DNA of 64,000 nucleotides from Stegostoma tigrinum (GCF_030684315.1 NC_081362.1:14254589-14318588), one strand, 5' to 3'. Shown: positions 12,051 to 25,109, counted from the stretch's first letter. Translations and numbers: made by a program. Notes: generated by a model from the letters alone, not told the origin.

Positions 12051-12246
12051 ATAATGGGAACTGCAGATGCTGGAGAATCCGAGATAACAAAGTGTGGAGC
12101 TGGATGAACACAGCAGGCCACGCAGTGTCTTAGGAGCACAAAAGCTGATGTTTCTCTAGACCCTTCTCTAGGCCCGAAACGTAAGCTTTTGTGCTCCTAA
12201 GATGCTGCTTGGCCAGCTGTGTTCATCCAGCTCCACACTTTGTTAT
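12051..12246. mobile_element. Short PLE family A tail-out inverted pair inside CR1
   Basis: Two inverted 3' termini meet within the hammerhead stem (tctagacccttc | tctaggcccgaaacg). Degenerate TSD atttgatatactt / atttggtatgcct. Confidence 0.85.
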
Positions 12247-15200
12247 TTGGTATGCCTACCTTTTTTGGTCAGTGCATTGAGCAGAGGAGTTGAGAGGTCA
12301 TGTTGCAGCTGTACAGGTCATTGGTTCGGCCACTTTTGAAATACTACTTTCAATTCTGGTCTCCCTGCTATAGGAACGAAGATGTGAAACTTGAAAGGGT
12401 TCGGAAAAGATTGACAAGGATGTTTCCAGGGTTGGAGGGTTTGCGCTATAGGGAGAGGCTGAATAGGCTATGGCTATTTTCCCTAGAGTGTTGGAGGATG
12501 AAGGGTGACCTCATAGAAGTTAATAAAATCACGAGGGACATGGACAGGGTGAATAGCCAAGGCCTTTTCCCCAGGGCAACAGAGCCCAAAACTAGAAGGA
12601 TATAGGTTTAAGGTGAGAGGGGAAAGATTTAAATGGAACCTAAGGGGCAACATTTTCATGTAGAGAATGGTGCGTGTATGGAATGAACTGCCAGAGGAAG
12701 TGGTGGAAGCCAGTACAGTTACGGCTTTTAAAAGGCACTTGGATGGGTATATGAATAGGACAGATTTAGAGGGATAAGGGCCAAATGCTAGCAAACTGGA
12801 CTAGATTAATTTAGGATATCTGTTCGGCATGGATGAGTTGGACCAAAGGGTCTGTTTCCATGCTTACGGCTCTGTGACAACTTTATGAACAGGCATCTCA
12901 AGAAATAGCCTAAATTGAGACGTAAGTTAAATATGAGAGGTATGAAGGTATTTTCTGTGCCAGGATGGCAACTACACACCATAGGTTTTGGAAAGAAACA
13001 GACCTTTGCTTGTCAAGTACAAGTGGTCATGTCTTTTAAATATTGTTAATTAACATTCTTTTCTACAAAAGTCACACAGGTCCTGCCAAGTTGGGTTCTT
13101 TGGATACTTCTATTGTTCCTATTCAGTTGTCAAAATGTGCAGTCAGATTTCCTGACAAGACCAGAACTGAGTTCCACAACTCAGTTACAGGAAACGAACC
13201 AGGAATATGTGTATTCCATTAAGATGCATGCTGCAACATGAAAGCAATAGTGGGAATAAAGAAGCTATAATTATCTCTCATATCTTCAGGAAGCAGTGAA
13301 GCATTTTGAAGTGTAATTAGCTGCTGTCTGCAGGCAGGCGTGGAAGTCCATTTACATAGAGAAAGTACCTGAAACTAGTAAGCATGAAAATGACCAAATG
13401 CACTGTCTTGTTTGTTTTAGTTGGTTTGTAGCCTTCAGGTTGTAGCTCTACTGAAAACGGCTGCTGACGTGGCTTAAAATCAGTGGCAGAATGTAACAAT
13501 TGGTTCAGATAAAATCCTTTGTTCATTTAATAGTTAATATTATTGTGGAAACTGTTTTTCTTCAAATTGTCACTTTATCGAAACATGACTAGTCTTAAAA
13601 AATAAAGTTTCAGATAGACTTGGGATACTTCACTACTGAGTGGTTCATGCTTAAATCTGGTACAGTAGAGGAAATTAACAATCTCTGGTGTTAAATTCCT
13701 ATTCAAGAGGTCATGCAGAACATGTTGGAGATTTTCAAATGAAAGCAAATTAGGTTAAGTGGGACAAATAAATGTCAACTTGCAGTCACATTTCTTTATA
13801 GAAAGCAACTGGCCTCCAGAGTGCAATCTGTTGAGAGGGGTTTATGGGTTTGTTTTGATCCTGAATACCTTTTGTTTGTATCTGGTGTTGCTAAGGCAAA
13901 GACAAAAAAACTGAAGCTTTGCTTTTGTACAGACTGTTATTTCAAAGAAATTGCAATGTACAATATGTATTATGCAAAAACAAAGCATCCTTCAGTAGAG
14001 GATCTGAAAAATCTCAGATCTCAAAATTGTCATTTTATGCGCAACCTGTGCTGTTGCTTATCTTGTGGAGAAGCTGATTTAATCTGTCATATTGCTCTGC
14101 ATCTGTTCAATGTAAGGTGACTCTGCTGCTCAAAGAGATCAGCATGCCCTGACCCATTTAACTTTGTCAATTTAAAAGTCTGTTAATCCCAGGATCAGTT
14201 TGCATTGCTATCTATTATTGAATAGATAGTTGTGTTTAAGTTGCCTTTAGAATCCTTTACCACAGTTGCAAATCATAGTGCAACATAATAAACATAACTC
14301 AAATATAACCCAATGGAATGTTGATGGGATGGAATTGGTCATACATTTTAGATCCTGCCTGAATTTGTTTGCGTTAACATCAGTTTCTACAAGATAGGTT
14401 AGGATAAAATGACCACCGTTGGAGTACATCCACTCTAGAATACAAAATCTTAGAAATAAAAACAGCTATTGCATCTGTTTAGAGTTTTAAAACTTTTAGT
14501 TGATTAACATTTCAACCACAAAAATATAACTTTGTTTTCTGCAAACCACAACATGCCTATAATCTATCTGGCTAATAGTTAGAACAGAATTGACCAATTT
14601 AAAATTACCAACTCGTCTGTCAGTGATTTTTTTCCAAGTCTAGCCTGTTCCAGATACGGCATCAGAGGAAACCTGGAAGAAAGTCACTCCTTTCAAGGGT
14701 AAAGTTACAGACCAAGACACACCTCTTTTTCACGGCAGGACTGCCAAATCCCAAAGACACATCATCGGTGACTGAAAAAGGGTAATTGTGTAAGTCGGGG
14801 AAGGGTTGGTATGCTCGGTGGGTAGGTAAGGGGTATGTCAGGTGGTTGCTTCGGGTGTCAAAGGTTCAGGTCAGTTTGAAGGTGTGCTGATTACGGCAGG
14901 GCAAGGACTTTAGGGTTAACAGTTGCAGGAGGGTTGAATTGGTGGTGAGTTCGGGATTTAGTTTAGTGATGACCTCAGAATTGGTAGGTTTTAATGCTGT
15001 AACTTTCCCTGGGTAGTTATTGAGCTTAAATGAGTTGGAATTCTCCAAGTTCTCCAAACTTAATGGACTCTTTTGGAGAATTCCAGGGGATTGCCCATTG
15101 GAAAATTCAGTTTCCCAAGGAATTCACGAAGAGTCAGCTGCATCGTTAATTCCATATCGTCTTGATATGCAACTCCAGTCTGCAATGCTCCGTTGATTCT

Positions 15201-15404
15201 CTGACAGTTGGAATATCTGGACCATATGTCAGCCAGTGAACCATTGTGGGAGAACTAAAGAGATGGTGTATTTTACTTTCAGTAGTCATTGCAGCTAATA
15301 ATTCCCACCCATTCCTCCCTTACCTGTGTGCAGATTCTAGAGATGCATTAGAACAGGCTTGCATTGATGTAGCACCTGTCACTTCTCTGGATTTCCAAAA
15401 GCAT

Positions 15405-15720
15405 TTAATTAGCATTGAATTACTTTTTAAAAGTATAATCATTGTCATTGCATGGGCAAATGTAGCAACCAAATTTCACACAGCAAGTGAGAAGATGAAA
15501 GGCTCATTAATGTGCTTGAATGGTATTGACGGAAGATAATTGTTTAGAAGAACTTCCATGCTGGACCTCATACAGTATTATTGGATAATTTGTCTATTTG
15601 AACAGACAGATGCTGCCTTAGTTTGGAGTTTAACTGAAAAACAGTGCCTCACAACCTCAGACCAGTACAGGGGTGCCAACTTAGAATGTGCAGTCAAGTT
15701 CTGCAGTGGGGCTTGAGTCC
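15405..15720 (-). mobile_element. Ancient DeuSINE (SacSINE/AmnSINE-like) remnant
   Basis: Inverted, decayed Deu-domain-like sequence (gcaaatgtagcaaccaaatttcacacagcaag). Similar to 18720-19050 and 48580-48712. Confidence 0.45.
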
Positions 15721-16139
15721 AAAGAGTTAGTAATGGTTCTTCTAAGCAATTCTGCATTTTATTTGTCCCATTATGAGTCTACTGCTGCAGTATGACTATG
15801 ATGGATGGAATGTGGGGATAAGGTGTCCTCCCTTACCAAGATGAGTTTGGTCTGAACAATTAGGTTCATCCAAAGAGTAATATTTAGAGTTGTTAAAGTA
15901 AAAGTTTTATACTTGTTTAAAATGTGTGTTTTTGTGCTGGAATTTCTGTTCTCTTCAGTTTGATGGCTCAGTGCTTAGAAACATTAATACTGGGCACTTC
16001 AAACACTGCTATTTCCAACAATCTGATGGAGTATTTGAGCTTTGAACAATATAGTTTCATTGAGTTATTTTAGATTTAAAAGTAACAGCTTTGATTTGTC
16101 TGGGAAAATGCATTTAAAAATATTGTTTGTCTACATTCC

Positions 16140-16495
16140 CACAGCATGTTGGCTCGGTGGGTAGCATTGTTGCCACACAGCAACAAGGACTCAGGTTTGA
16201 TTCCACCCTTGGGTGACTGTCTGTGTGGAATTTGCACATTCCTCCTTGTCTCTGTGTGGGTTTCCTCTGGGTGCTCTGATTTCCTTCCAAGATCTCTCAA
16301 TGTGCAGGAAAGGTGGATTGGCCATTCTAAATTGTCATGTAGTGTCCTGCGATGTGTAGGTTAGGTGGATTAGCCATGATAAAGGCAGGGTTGTGAGGAT
16401 GGCATGGGGCGCTGCGTCTGGATGGGATGCTGTTTGTGGGTTGGTCCAGCCTTGATGAGCTGAACAGCCTCTTTCCAAATTGTAGTCATTCTATA
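16140..16495 (+). mobile_element. HE1-type tRNA-derived SINE
   Basis: A and B boxes (tggctcggtgg; ggtttgattcc), V-domain-like core gtggaatttgcacattc...gtgggtttcctc, and a CR1-type tail. Confidence 0.8.
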
Positions 16496-16553
16496 ATTAA
16501 CAGGTTGTATTATCAGGTCGTATTACTGTGTAATAATGCACCTATTCAGTAAT

Positions 16554-16804
16554 TTTATTCCAAACCTCCCTGTGGGATGTTGATGGGATGAAATCAATCA
16601 CACATTTTAGACCCTGCCTGAATTTGTTTGCATTAACTTCAGTTTCTACAAGGTAGGTTAAGATAAAATGACAACCATTACACCTTAGAATACAAAATCT
16701 TAGAAATAAAAATAGCCATTGTATCTGTTAAATGTTTTACAACTTTTAGTTTGTTAACATTTCTACCACCAAAAATAACTTTGTTTTCTGCAAACCAGAA
16801 CATG
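16554..16804 (+). repeat. About 250-bp dispersed duplication of about 14300-14560, flanked by a 13-bp direct repeat
   Basis: Colinear with 14314-14560 (for example tagaatacaaaatcttagaaataaaaa and ataactttgttttctgcaaacca). cctattcagtaat at 16541-16553 and 16805-16817. Confidence 0.85.
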
Positions 16805-17853
16805 CCTATTCAGTAATAATCTATCTGACATTGCTACTTGTGCATAGGTGGAGGGAAAAATTAACAGCCATGTTTTCTGTTTGTAAACTATTTGAAATGA
16901 TGCAGTAATTACATAGAACCATTTTAAAATATTCCACATTCTGAAACACTTCTGTTAAAATTACTGTCATCACCTGGTTTAAGCTTTCCTCCTCAAGGGA
17001 ATAAGCGCTTTAGCTTCATTTAGCTCTCAGGTAGAATTTTGCCTCTTCATTTAACGGCTCTGAGCTCAACACGGAAGAGTCTGTGGCCTAGACTGAAGCT
17101 GGAGAATTATGATGCAATCCCTGTGACTGCAAGCTACGGAAAAATCTTTTTTTAAAACTTTGCTGCGCTGATTCTTTCTTCTCCCAACCCAGCCATTCCC
17201 TTTTTTTGGGAGGTAACTGCTACAGAAATCTCCACAGTTAATTAACTTGCTCTGACGTATTTAGGTTGAACTGTGAAGGATATTTCTTAACTCAGCGGCA
17301 TGACCCCGTAAGAGTTATTTCAACTTTAAAATATTCTTAAATAATTGTTCATTTATAACCTCCTCAGGAAAGGTTACTGAAACCACTAAAAAAGCTATTC
17401 AATCTGTCTGGACTCATAGTGCCAGGCAGTGGTGGAATCGAACCCAGCACTTTGAAGCATATTAGAGCTACATCATTGTCTGTGTTGTCCTATCAACACT
17501 AATTTCACACAAGAAAATAGTACTTACTGTTAAAATGCTGAGTTTCATTAGGTACAACCAGATAGTGGTTCCTTCATATACTCTTGTAAATTGGTGATAA
17601 ACTTTTCTGCCGTTATGTTATTGATATTTAATATAGACATAAAACAGCCTTTTAAATATATTGTCATTTTTCCGCTTCTGGAAATGGTGATTCATCTCAT
17701 TCAAGTTATCTTTCATCTTATAAAAATCTGGACATTTTATAGTTCACTAGCCTAACAAAACAGCTAACAGCAGCTGAGCTCAAATGTGCCTTCACCTGAC
17801 TTCCAAGTGAACCATTCCAGCAGTCATCAGGACTAGAAACCACTTATAGCCTG

Positions 17854-17903
17854 CTTAGTATTAGTGACTGACAGTCACTAATACTAAGTGTATTAGTACA
17901 CTT
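17854..17903. repeat. Perfect 17-bp-arm palindrome with an overlapping 7-bp-arm hairpin
   Basis: cttagtattagtgactg-a-cagtcactaatactaag, followed by aagtgta-ttag-tacactt. Confidence 0.9.
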
Positions 17904-18719
17904 GTGTGCTCAAACCAGAAACCTGTCCGTACTCTAGCTCAATATCACACCAACTGGTGCATTTATGCACTACACAATCAGAGAAGCCACAGTTAATTTT
18001 ACTCATTTTGTATTCCTGTTTTTCAATGAACTTAAGTGATTTTTAACCTAGCTTTCTTTAAAAAATTAACAACTGTGTATTGCAATTTGTCATATATACG
18101 CAAGCATGATGTCTGAGGAAATCTAGTCTACAATGCAAGTTTGATCATCAAAAAAGCTTTAACATTCAGTCAATCTTTTGAATGTATTAGATGAAGGTGG
18201 GATAATGGCATCTCTCCAAAGATGAAAAATTGTTGCGAAGAGATACACAGATTATAATGTGATTCAGACCATTAGCACATGGATTATGGTAGAGTTTATA
18301 TTGCCATTTGCAAGCAGGATACTGAATCTATATGGAACAATTCGGACTGCTGTGTAGATTCCTACTAACCAGCAGATAGGATGTCTGAAGAACCTACTTC
18401 AGTCTGATTCAGTAGCCACCTTGGAAAACCTGTTTAGTGGAATAAATGCATCACACTGCATTGATATTTTCAGTATACTAAACAATTGTTGAACTTTTAA
18501 TGGTGATAGAATTGTCTATAACTGCTCATTATTATGTCATCACTTGATTTTGGGCAGGCAGCCTCAGTCAGTGGCCATATTCCTACTCACTTTCAGCCTA
18601 ACCCAAATTTCCCAAGCATCACATGATACATTAGTGATTTTTTTTTGACTTGCTATTGCACTAATTACTGAGTTGATTTGAAGTGAATGTGTATTCTCTG
18701 TATTAAAATGCATCAAGGG

Positions 18720-19050
18720 AAAGAACTTATATTTATGTATTGCACGTTTCCAGAACCTTAGGATACCCCAGAGTGTTGCACCCCAATTGGAATATTTTTG
18801 ATGTGTTGCCACTGTTATTATGTAAAACTGTGCCACTTTGTGCAAGCAAAGTCACTCAAACAAATAAAATAAAATAAAATAAAATAAAATAAAATAAAAT
18901 AAATAGCCAGATGTTACGTTTTTATTGATAGTTGAGGGGTAACGTTTGGCTATGACAGAGAACTACTCTTGCTTCTTCAAGCAGTACTGAAAGCACAGAC
19001 TGGATCTCAATTTAATATCTCACCTGAAACACCAATGGTTTCACGTCCAG
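18720..19050 (-). mobile_element. Ancient DeuSINE remnant containing a (TAAAA)n microsatellite at about 18863-18905
   Basis: Inverted tail aaagaacttatatttatgtattgcac and Deu-like gccactgttattatgtaaaactgtgccactttgtgcaagcaaag. Confidence 0.5.
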
Positions 19051-20581
19051 CATTATTTTCATTATTAAATCAACAACATGTTATTATTTGACCATTGAGC
19101 TGTGAAAGAACTAAACCCTTTTGCTAATAATTTCAGATTTTAAAAGTATGTTTGTTTAAAGCTGGCCTTATATTTAGCTGGTATTGTTTAATTTTAATTT
19201 GTACTTTTCCTCAAATGATATCTGATGAAAGTTTGAGGTATTATAATTATAATCATTAGAAGAAAAACCTACATCTTATCAGTTTTGTATCTATTACAAT
19301 TGATGCAAATTTAAAGAAACTTACACTTTACTGGTTGTTCGTGATGTAGGGTTAATCCTACATCATGGTTCATTACTTTTCAATTCATCTTAACCACAAT
19401 AGCAGCTTGTTGTTCAAGTTTTGTTTTTGCAATCATTTGTGCTTCATCCATAATTTATGTATGAAAGCTGTAGCTAGCAGAAAACAAAGCCAATCCGTTT
19501 TCAGATGCTCTGGTGCTACCAACGTTGCTTTACCAAAAACAAGATGATTCAAAACTATATTTTATGTAGCAAAAAGCATAAAGAGCAAAGAAAAACAGTC
19601 CTCTGTTGATTAAAATGTCTAATTACTATTGTTGTTATGAAGTTTTAACAGCACACAGTAAAAATCATTATACTCTGGCATTACAAAAGCCTTCTTCACA
19701 ATTGCTCAGATTGGAGAGTGCTGAAATTACACAGCAGTGTCCCACTGCTGTTCCCAAGAGGGAAGATGGCTTGCAACTGACAAGTATTATTAATTATCAC
19801 TTTCTTTTCATAACACAGTACCCTGTTTAATTGTTTATCTAAAAGTCGCGTGTATTATTTTCATATGCTTTCAAATGTGACAGGTTTTCTAAAACTCTCA
19901 TCAGAGCTATCTCTCTGTAGCAAGTTAGAAATTTTAGGATAGTTTGCCTTTCAAAAGTTCAGACAATGCTCTTAGACATGTAACTGTGCATATGTTGATG
20001 TGAGTCACCTAACTTTGGAGCAGCTGCAAATTATATAAAGCTGATTTTATGCTTTTCGAAGCCATGGCCCAAGATAGCAAGTATTTTTGTGCTTTTAGAT
20101 TGCTAATCATCTTTTTCAGAAAATACTTAACAGGAAATTAATATTATGCAGATAATGAGTAAAGTCTATCCTTTTATATCATATAAAGTTGATACTATCA
20201 GTTTATATGTGCATTAAATAATTTTAATTGATCTGCTTTGTTCTGAGTTAATCTTCTGTAAAAAGAGTGGCATCTCTCATGAATGAGAGTATGTGGCAGG
20301 AATTTTAAAATCCAAATTATTTAGTTACATCCAACTATAAAAACATCTATAAATGCATTGCAACTTTAATTATGAACTTATGTGAAGATATACATTAGAA
20401 ATTGAATTCTTTATGAAAATTTCTGCTAAATGTTAATAACTCCTCAATTTTAAATCAATTTTTTTCCGTTCCTAAACCACCCAGTCTAAATCCTGAAATT
20501 TTCTGTAGTGTTTTTGATCAAATCTGTTATGTTTGTATTCCCTTAATTTTGTGTTTTGTTTCTTTCTTTCTCTTCCTTCAG

Positions 20582-20621
20582 ATTTAAATATTTGAAGTTC
20601 TGATTACAGTTGTTGTTTAAG
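20582..20621 (+). other. Candidate 40-nt non-coding (UTR or lncRNA) exon
   Basis: A long polypyrimidine tract ends in ttccttcag, and the donor is AAG|GTAAGG. All three frames contain stops. The site lies in a transposon-poor region. Confidence 0.4.
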
Positions 20622-21016
20622 GTAAGGCTGTCGCTACATTTTCACAAAGACTCATCTCACCAGTTTGTTCACTGCACTTTATAAATAAAGCTTGCCCTTT
20701 ATGTTGCTAGAAAAAGTAGCTTTGCTTCTCCTTATTGCCACTCTTAATTAGAAGTGATGCACTTTAAAACAAGTGATGCTGGGATTTAACACCTGACTAG
20801 GTAGCTGCACTAACAATACTGCTGTACTAATGGTACTTCCCTGTTTCTGCATGTCTGAGCTTTAACTGAAAGCTAATACTTTTGCCTCTGTGCCTGAGGC
20901 TGAATCTGACACAAACACCTGCCATATTGGAGAATGTCTTTGTCAAACATGCTTTTGTTTGAATTGCTTCAGGGAACCAATGAGAGCTAAGTCCATTTAT
21001 GTTTTGTTTTTTAAGC

Positions 21017-21260
21017 ACCACACAATTGGATTTTGAAACAGGATAGATAAGAAGTGGCACGTGCTGAGTCGGTCTTTTGAGCCAGCTTGGCGTAATAAGT
21101 AGTTTCAGGAGGGCAGATTGCTGAGCCTGGCTTTCTGAATGGAACAGCTGGGGGAGGAAGGAAACACAAAAGACAAGTAGACAGAGTGGCATAAACCTGC
21201 AGAATTGTGGGTGGGGCTTTGGACACAGGGAGCAGGCCGACCACACGCCAGGTGTGACCT
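21017..21260. promoter_or_regulatory. Candidate enhancer or promoter motif cluster
   Basis: RUNX ACCACA (21017), AGATAA (21045), E-box CACGTG (21058) overlapping TGCTGAGTCG (NF-E2/MARE-like), GGGTGGGG (21209) and CCACACGCC (21241). The region is locally GC- and CpG-richer. Confidence 0.35.
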
Positions 21261-22369
21261 TTTCTAGCTCGTTGGTTCTGCTTGTTTGTCTGGGCAATTT
21301 AAAACTCACTGATAGAAATGAGGAATCTGACAGGCTGCTTGCTGCAGCCAGAAGTAGGAGGAGTCTGGTTGAAGCTGATGGACGACTTTGATTAACCCTC
21401 TAAGGACTGTATTAGCATATTTGCACCTTATCTAGGGGCAGGTGTAGGAGTTTTCAACGATGATAATGTGTTTCATGCTATGTTGATGTTTTCTGCAATA
21501 TTCATCATGCTTAATTTAGTTGCTAAAACCATATAGCAGATGTCACTGGGTGAAAAAGACTCCGAATAACAAAGACAATAAGTTTATAAGAAATATAAAG
21601 CAGTATTTGGAATAAGAATTGATAACAACTGCATTCACATCATCATTATAGAGCTTGGTTTTGTGATCAGTGCAATAAAGTCCACTTAATCAGACTGGGC
21701 AAGAAGAGAGCTGCAGCTGTTAAGTGCTATTTGTCACCAACAGCACTATTTGACTCTATTCATATAAGGATATTTTTATAAATGTAAGTTTTCTCGGATA
21801 TATCTTTTGGTGGTGTGCCATTTTATACCCATTGATATTGAGCATTCATACTCGTTGTTCCAATTGTTCTTTGAAAAAATCATTTTGATTTACAGAGGTC
21901 CGAATTGGTTTGGAAAGATAATGGAGCAGATTATATTTTGCCATTGCCAGGCCTTTTCACCTAAACAGGGATGCAGGATAAGAGGAAAATCCTTTTTTGA
22001 ATAGCAGTTCCTCAGGTGATGTTTTGAGAAACAAACATGACAAAAGGAGATACTTCACGCAGCTTCATTGCATTTCAAGCTGTAAGTTAATTTAAAAAGT
22101 CTAACGAGCCACCATGTGCAGTGTCATATAGCCATAGCTCATAAACCTAATCTATCACACAGCAGAATTTTCAATTTTAGACCTGGCTTTATGTGGAGAA
22201 GGCAAACAGGGGTCCTACTGAGGGAAGAGAAGGACTTTGATTTCTCTGATAACACTCCTGCGAAGCTTCTTTGGATGCTTTACTTTGTTAAAGACACTAT
22301 GTAATTGCATGTCGATTTGTCTTGGGGGGCCTATTTCATACAACCAGCAGATTTTGAGAACCGGGCCTC

Positions 22370-22693
22370 AAGCGACACAGTGGCTCAGTGATTAGCACTT
22401 CTGCCTCACCGCGCCAGGGCCCTGGGTTTGATTCCACCCTTGGGCGACTGCCTCTGTGGAAATTGCACATTCTCCCTGTGTCTGCGTGGGTTTCCTCCCG
22501 CTGCTCTGATTTCCTCCCGCAGTCCAAAGATGTGCAGGCTAGGTGGATTAGTCATGCTAAATTTCCCACAATGTTCAGGTACGTGTAGATTAGGTGGGTT
22601 ATAGGAGGATGGGTCTGGGTGGGATGCTCTGAGGAGTGGTTGGACTTGTTGGGCTGAAGGGCCTGTTTCCACACTGTAGGATTCTGTCATCTA
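22370..22693 (+). mobile_element. HE1-type tRNA-derived SINE
   Basis: Head gcgacacagtggctcagtgattagcac...gggtttgattcc, V-core, and tail gggctgaagggcctgtttccacactgtagg. Confidence 0.9.
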
Positions 22694-22925
22694 TGAACTG
22701 AATGCTACTGGTCAGTTGTTCACTGTATCGTGATGACAGAGGAAGCTGGAAGCACTTGTGGACATATTGACCTTCTAATTACAACATGCTTTTTAAAAAA
22801 GAAATGACACACGGCCAAAAGGTGATTGTAGATTTAAATTCAGTGGCCGTCTGGTGATAGAGAAACCCTGGAATGTCGTACCTGATTCAGATGCCAAGGA
22901 ACCTTCAAAGGAGAGATGATAATGT

Positions 22926-23460
22926 CATAGTAATCTCACTGGACGAGTAATACAGAACACCAGATTTAAGTTCTGGTGAGAGAGATAATGGGAACTGCAG
23001 ATGCTGGAGAATTCCAAGATAATAAAATGTGAGGCTGGATGAACACAGCAGGCCAAGCAGCATCTCAGGAGCACAAAAGCTGACGTTTCGGGCCTAGACC
23101 CTTCATCAGAGAGGGGGATGGGGAGAGGGAACTGGAATACATCGGGAGAGAGGGGGAGGCGGACCGAAGATGGAGAGTAAAGAAGTTCTGGTGACATTGG
23201 TTCAGATCTCACCATAGTAGATGATGAGATTTTGAGTGCAGTAAACAGCTGAAATGAGAAACCTAGCCTAATGGCAACCATGTAATAATCACTGTTGATC
23301 ATTTAAAAAGCTATCTGGTTCACTAATTTCCTTCTTTTAAGGAAGGAAATCCTCGCCTGGTTTGGCCCAGATCCACAGCAATTTGGTTGATTCTTCACAG
23401 CTCTCTGTTACATTCTGGCCTTGGCAATGACATTCACATTCCATAAACAAATAAAAATTT
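22926..23460 (+). mobile_element. Second tRNA-derived SINE family (family B LINE tail), interrupted by a PLE terminus
   Basis: Homologous to 39192-39545 (ctggttcactaat..cctt..ggaaggaaa...cacagcaat..ggttga.tctta). Ends in cattcacattccataaacaaataaaaa. Confidence 0.6.
22980..23182 (-). mobile_element. Solo 5'-truncated PLE family A 3' terminus with a 12-bp TSD
   Basis: Matches 11590-11785 inverted. TSD aagttctggtga at 22968-22979 and 23183-23194. Hammerhead-like motif is intact. Confidence 0.92.
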
Positions 23461-25109
23461 AAAAGAAAGAAATGCTGTGTGAGCTGAACTGTAGTTCATG
23501 AGAGTTATCTCAGACTGTGAACATGATGGACAAAAGAGAGCAGTCAAGGTGTATTCCCCTTTCAAGAATACACAAGAAAAGGGAATGGAAGCCAGTTGAT
23601 CCCCGGTCTGTCTGTGACTAATGGTAGATGATGTATGAGTGAGTTGAGCAGTTGATGTGTACCTCTGGACTGAGATATTTGTGCGTACAAGACTGAATAT
23701 CAGTTTTTGTGCTGTGAAGCTCGAAACGCAAAAACAATTACCTAGTTACCCCTGAGTGCCAAGTAAATGTTTCACTTTGTCTGACTCCTAAAAGCGGCAT
23801 GTCAGTCAAACGGAAATGGGGCAAAAGAAGAGCCCCACACTTGCGAATGATGCCAGTCAGCCACTGTCAAAAGAAATTAGGACAAAAGTATTTGAACTGA
23901 CCTGCAAAGCCAAGCAATTAATCAACTGCTTAATGATCAATGTGTCACTTTCTACTGTGCATGAGCAACCCAAAGACTGACCCATAAAGCTTTTAATTTT
24001 TATCTTTTTTGGATTCATTCTTCATTTCTAATTTGTGCATGTGCATTGTGTTATTATGTACACATTTTGTAAGTAATAAACTTAGTCTTTAACTCAAGGC
24101 CTGGTTAAATTGGCTGCTTTTAAGCATTAATTTGGCCGAAGAAAAGGGCATCCACAAGGGAAGTGATCCTTTTAAAACTAACCTTGTGACCTACCAAGGG
24201 GATGGTTGAATAAAAAAGGGGAGCCAGTTCATTCCTCCTTGCCTAAAAATTCAACAGTTTTGGGTATCCCAATTCAAACCATAATAACTTGGGGAACCTC
24301 ATTCATGGTCTAGTCATAAAAAATGATATGGATAGCAAGAGACAGCTGTTCAGCTAGTTGATGACCAAGTGACTGGTTACTAACATTCAGGAAAGACTAT
24401 TGGCAATAAAGTAAACAACAGACCTGGATTGTTCCAAGAGTCTTGCAGCTAGGTTTGAAGGAGATAATCAGCACAATGAAGAGCCAGGCACAAGCGTTCC
24501 GCCTCCTTCACTGACTTTTGGTGTTTTTATTTTAAACGAGTTTTATGACAGCTTTGCCTGGTGTCATAAACACATGAGTTCTTCACTTAGGACTTGGAGA
24601 AAATGCTGTCAGAGCCACATGTACGTCAATGTGACCCAGAGTTAGATTTATTGTGAAGGCACCTGCATTGACCTCATCGTTTTCAGTGCAGCCTTTTTTT
24701 CTGCTCAACCAGGCAAGTTAAAATTCTGCTTAGGACTTGACAGCAGTGCAATTGCACATCTCTGGTAACCAACCTAAAGGCTGGCTTAGAAATAGATCTA
24801 AGAGCTCAACCCTTCAGCTGCAAATGGAATATCTTCCAGAAAGGAATTAAAATGACAGGGGAAAGAAATGGTGTCAGAGTTGGGCAAATTAAACAGCAAT
24901 ATATCTAGAATAATTACTGACGATATCTTACTTATTTTACTTCTTCTTGCATGTATAAACAATTGTTATTAACTATTTGTCAGCAAAGTATTCTCTTATC
25001 TTAAAAAATGTTCCAAATCAGTCAAATAACCATGAAAAATCTTTGAGTTTAACTTGTTCACTGAATCATAACAGAATTCTTTGTTGCCAGTGATTTTTTA
25101 AAAAATTCA

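Larger units (their letters stand above)
8973..12878 (+). mobile_element. CR1 (HER1-like) LINE ORF2 fragment to the 3' tail, interrupted by two PLE insertions
   Basis: Peptides WRLANVVPLFNKG..PENYRPVS, KSCLTDLIEFFEEVTK, MPQGSVL, ISKIADDTKIGG, FNFDKCEVLYFG and LYRSLVRPLLKY. The 3' tail is gaccaaagggtctgtttccatgct. Frameshifts and stops make it inactive. Confidence 0.92.

Noticed and set aside
13821-14120. 99-aa Cys-rich ORF with a possible donor at 14113
   Set aside because: No recognisable domain and weak splice context, so it is compatible with chance.
20827-21309. 160-aa minus-strand ORF
   Set aside because: Non-ATG start, no recognisable domain, and better explained as a GC-richer regulatory region.
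23470-24320. Possible solo LTR (similar impression at 37575-38450)
   Set aside because: No clear TG...CA ends, TSD or second copy in the window.
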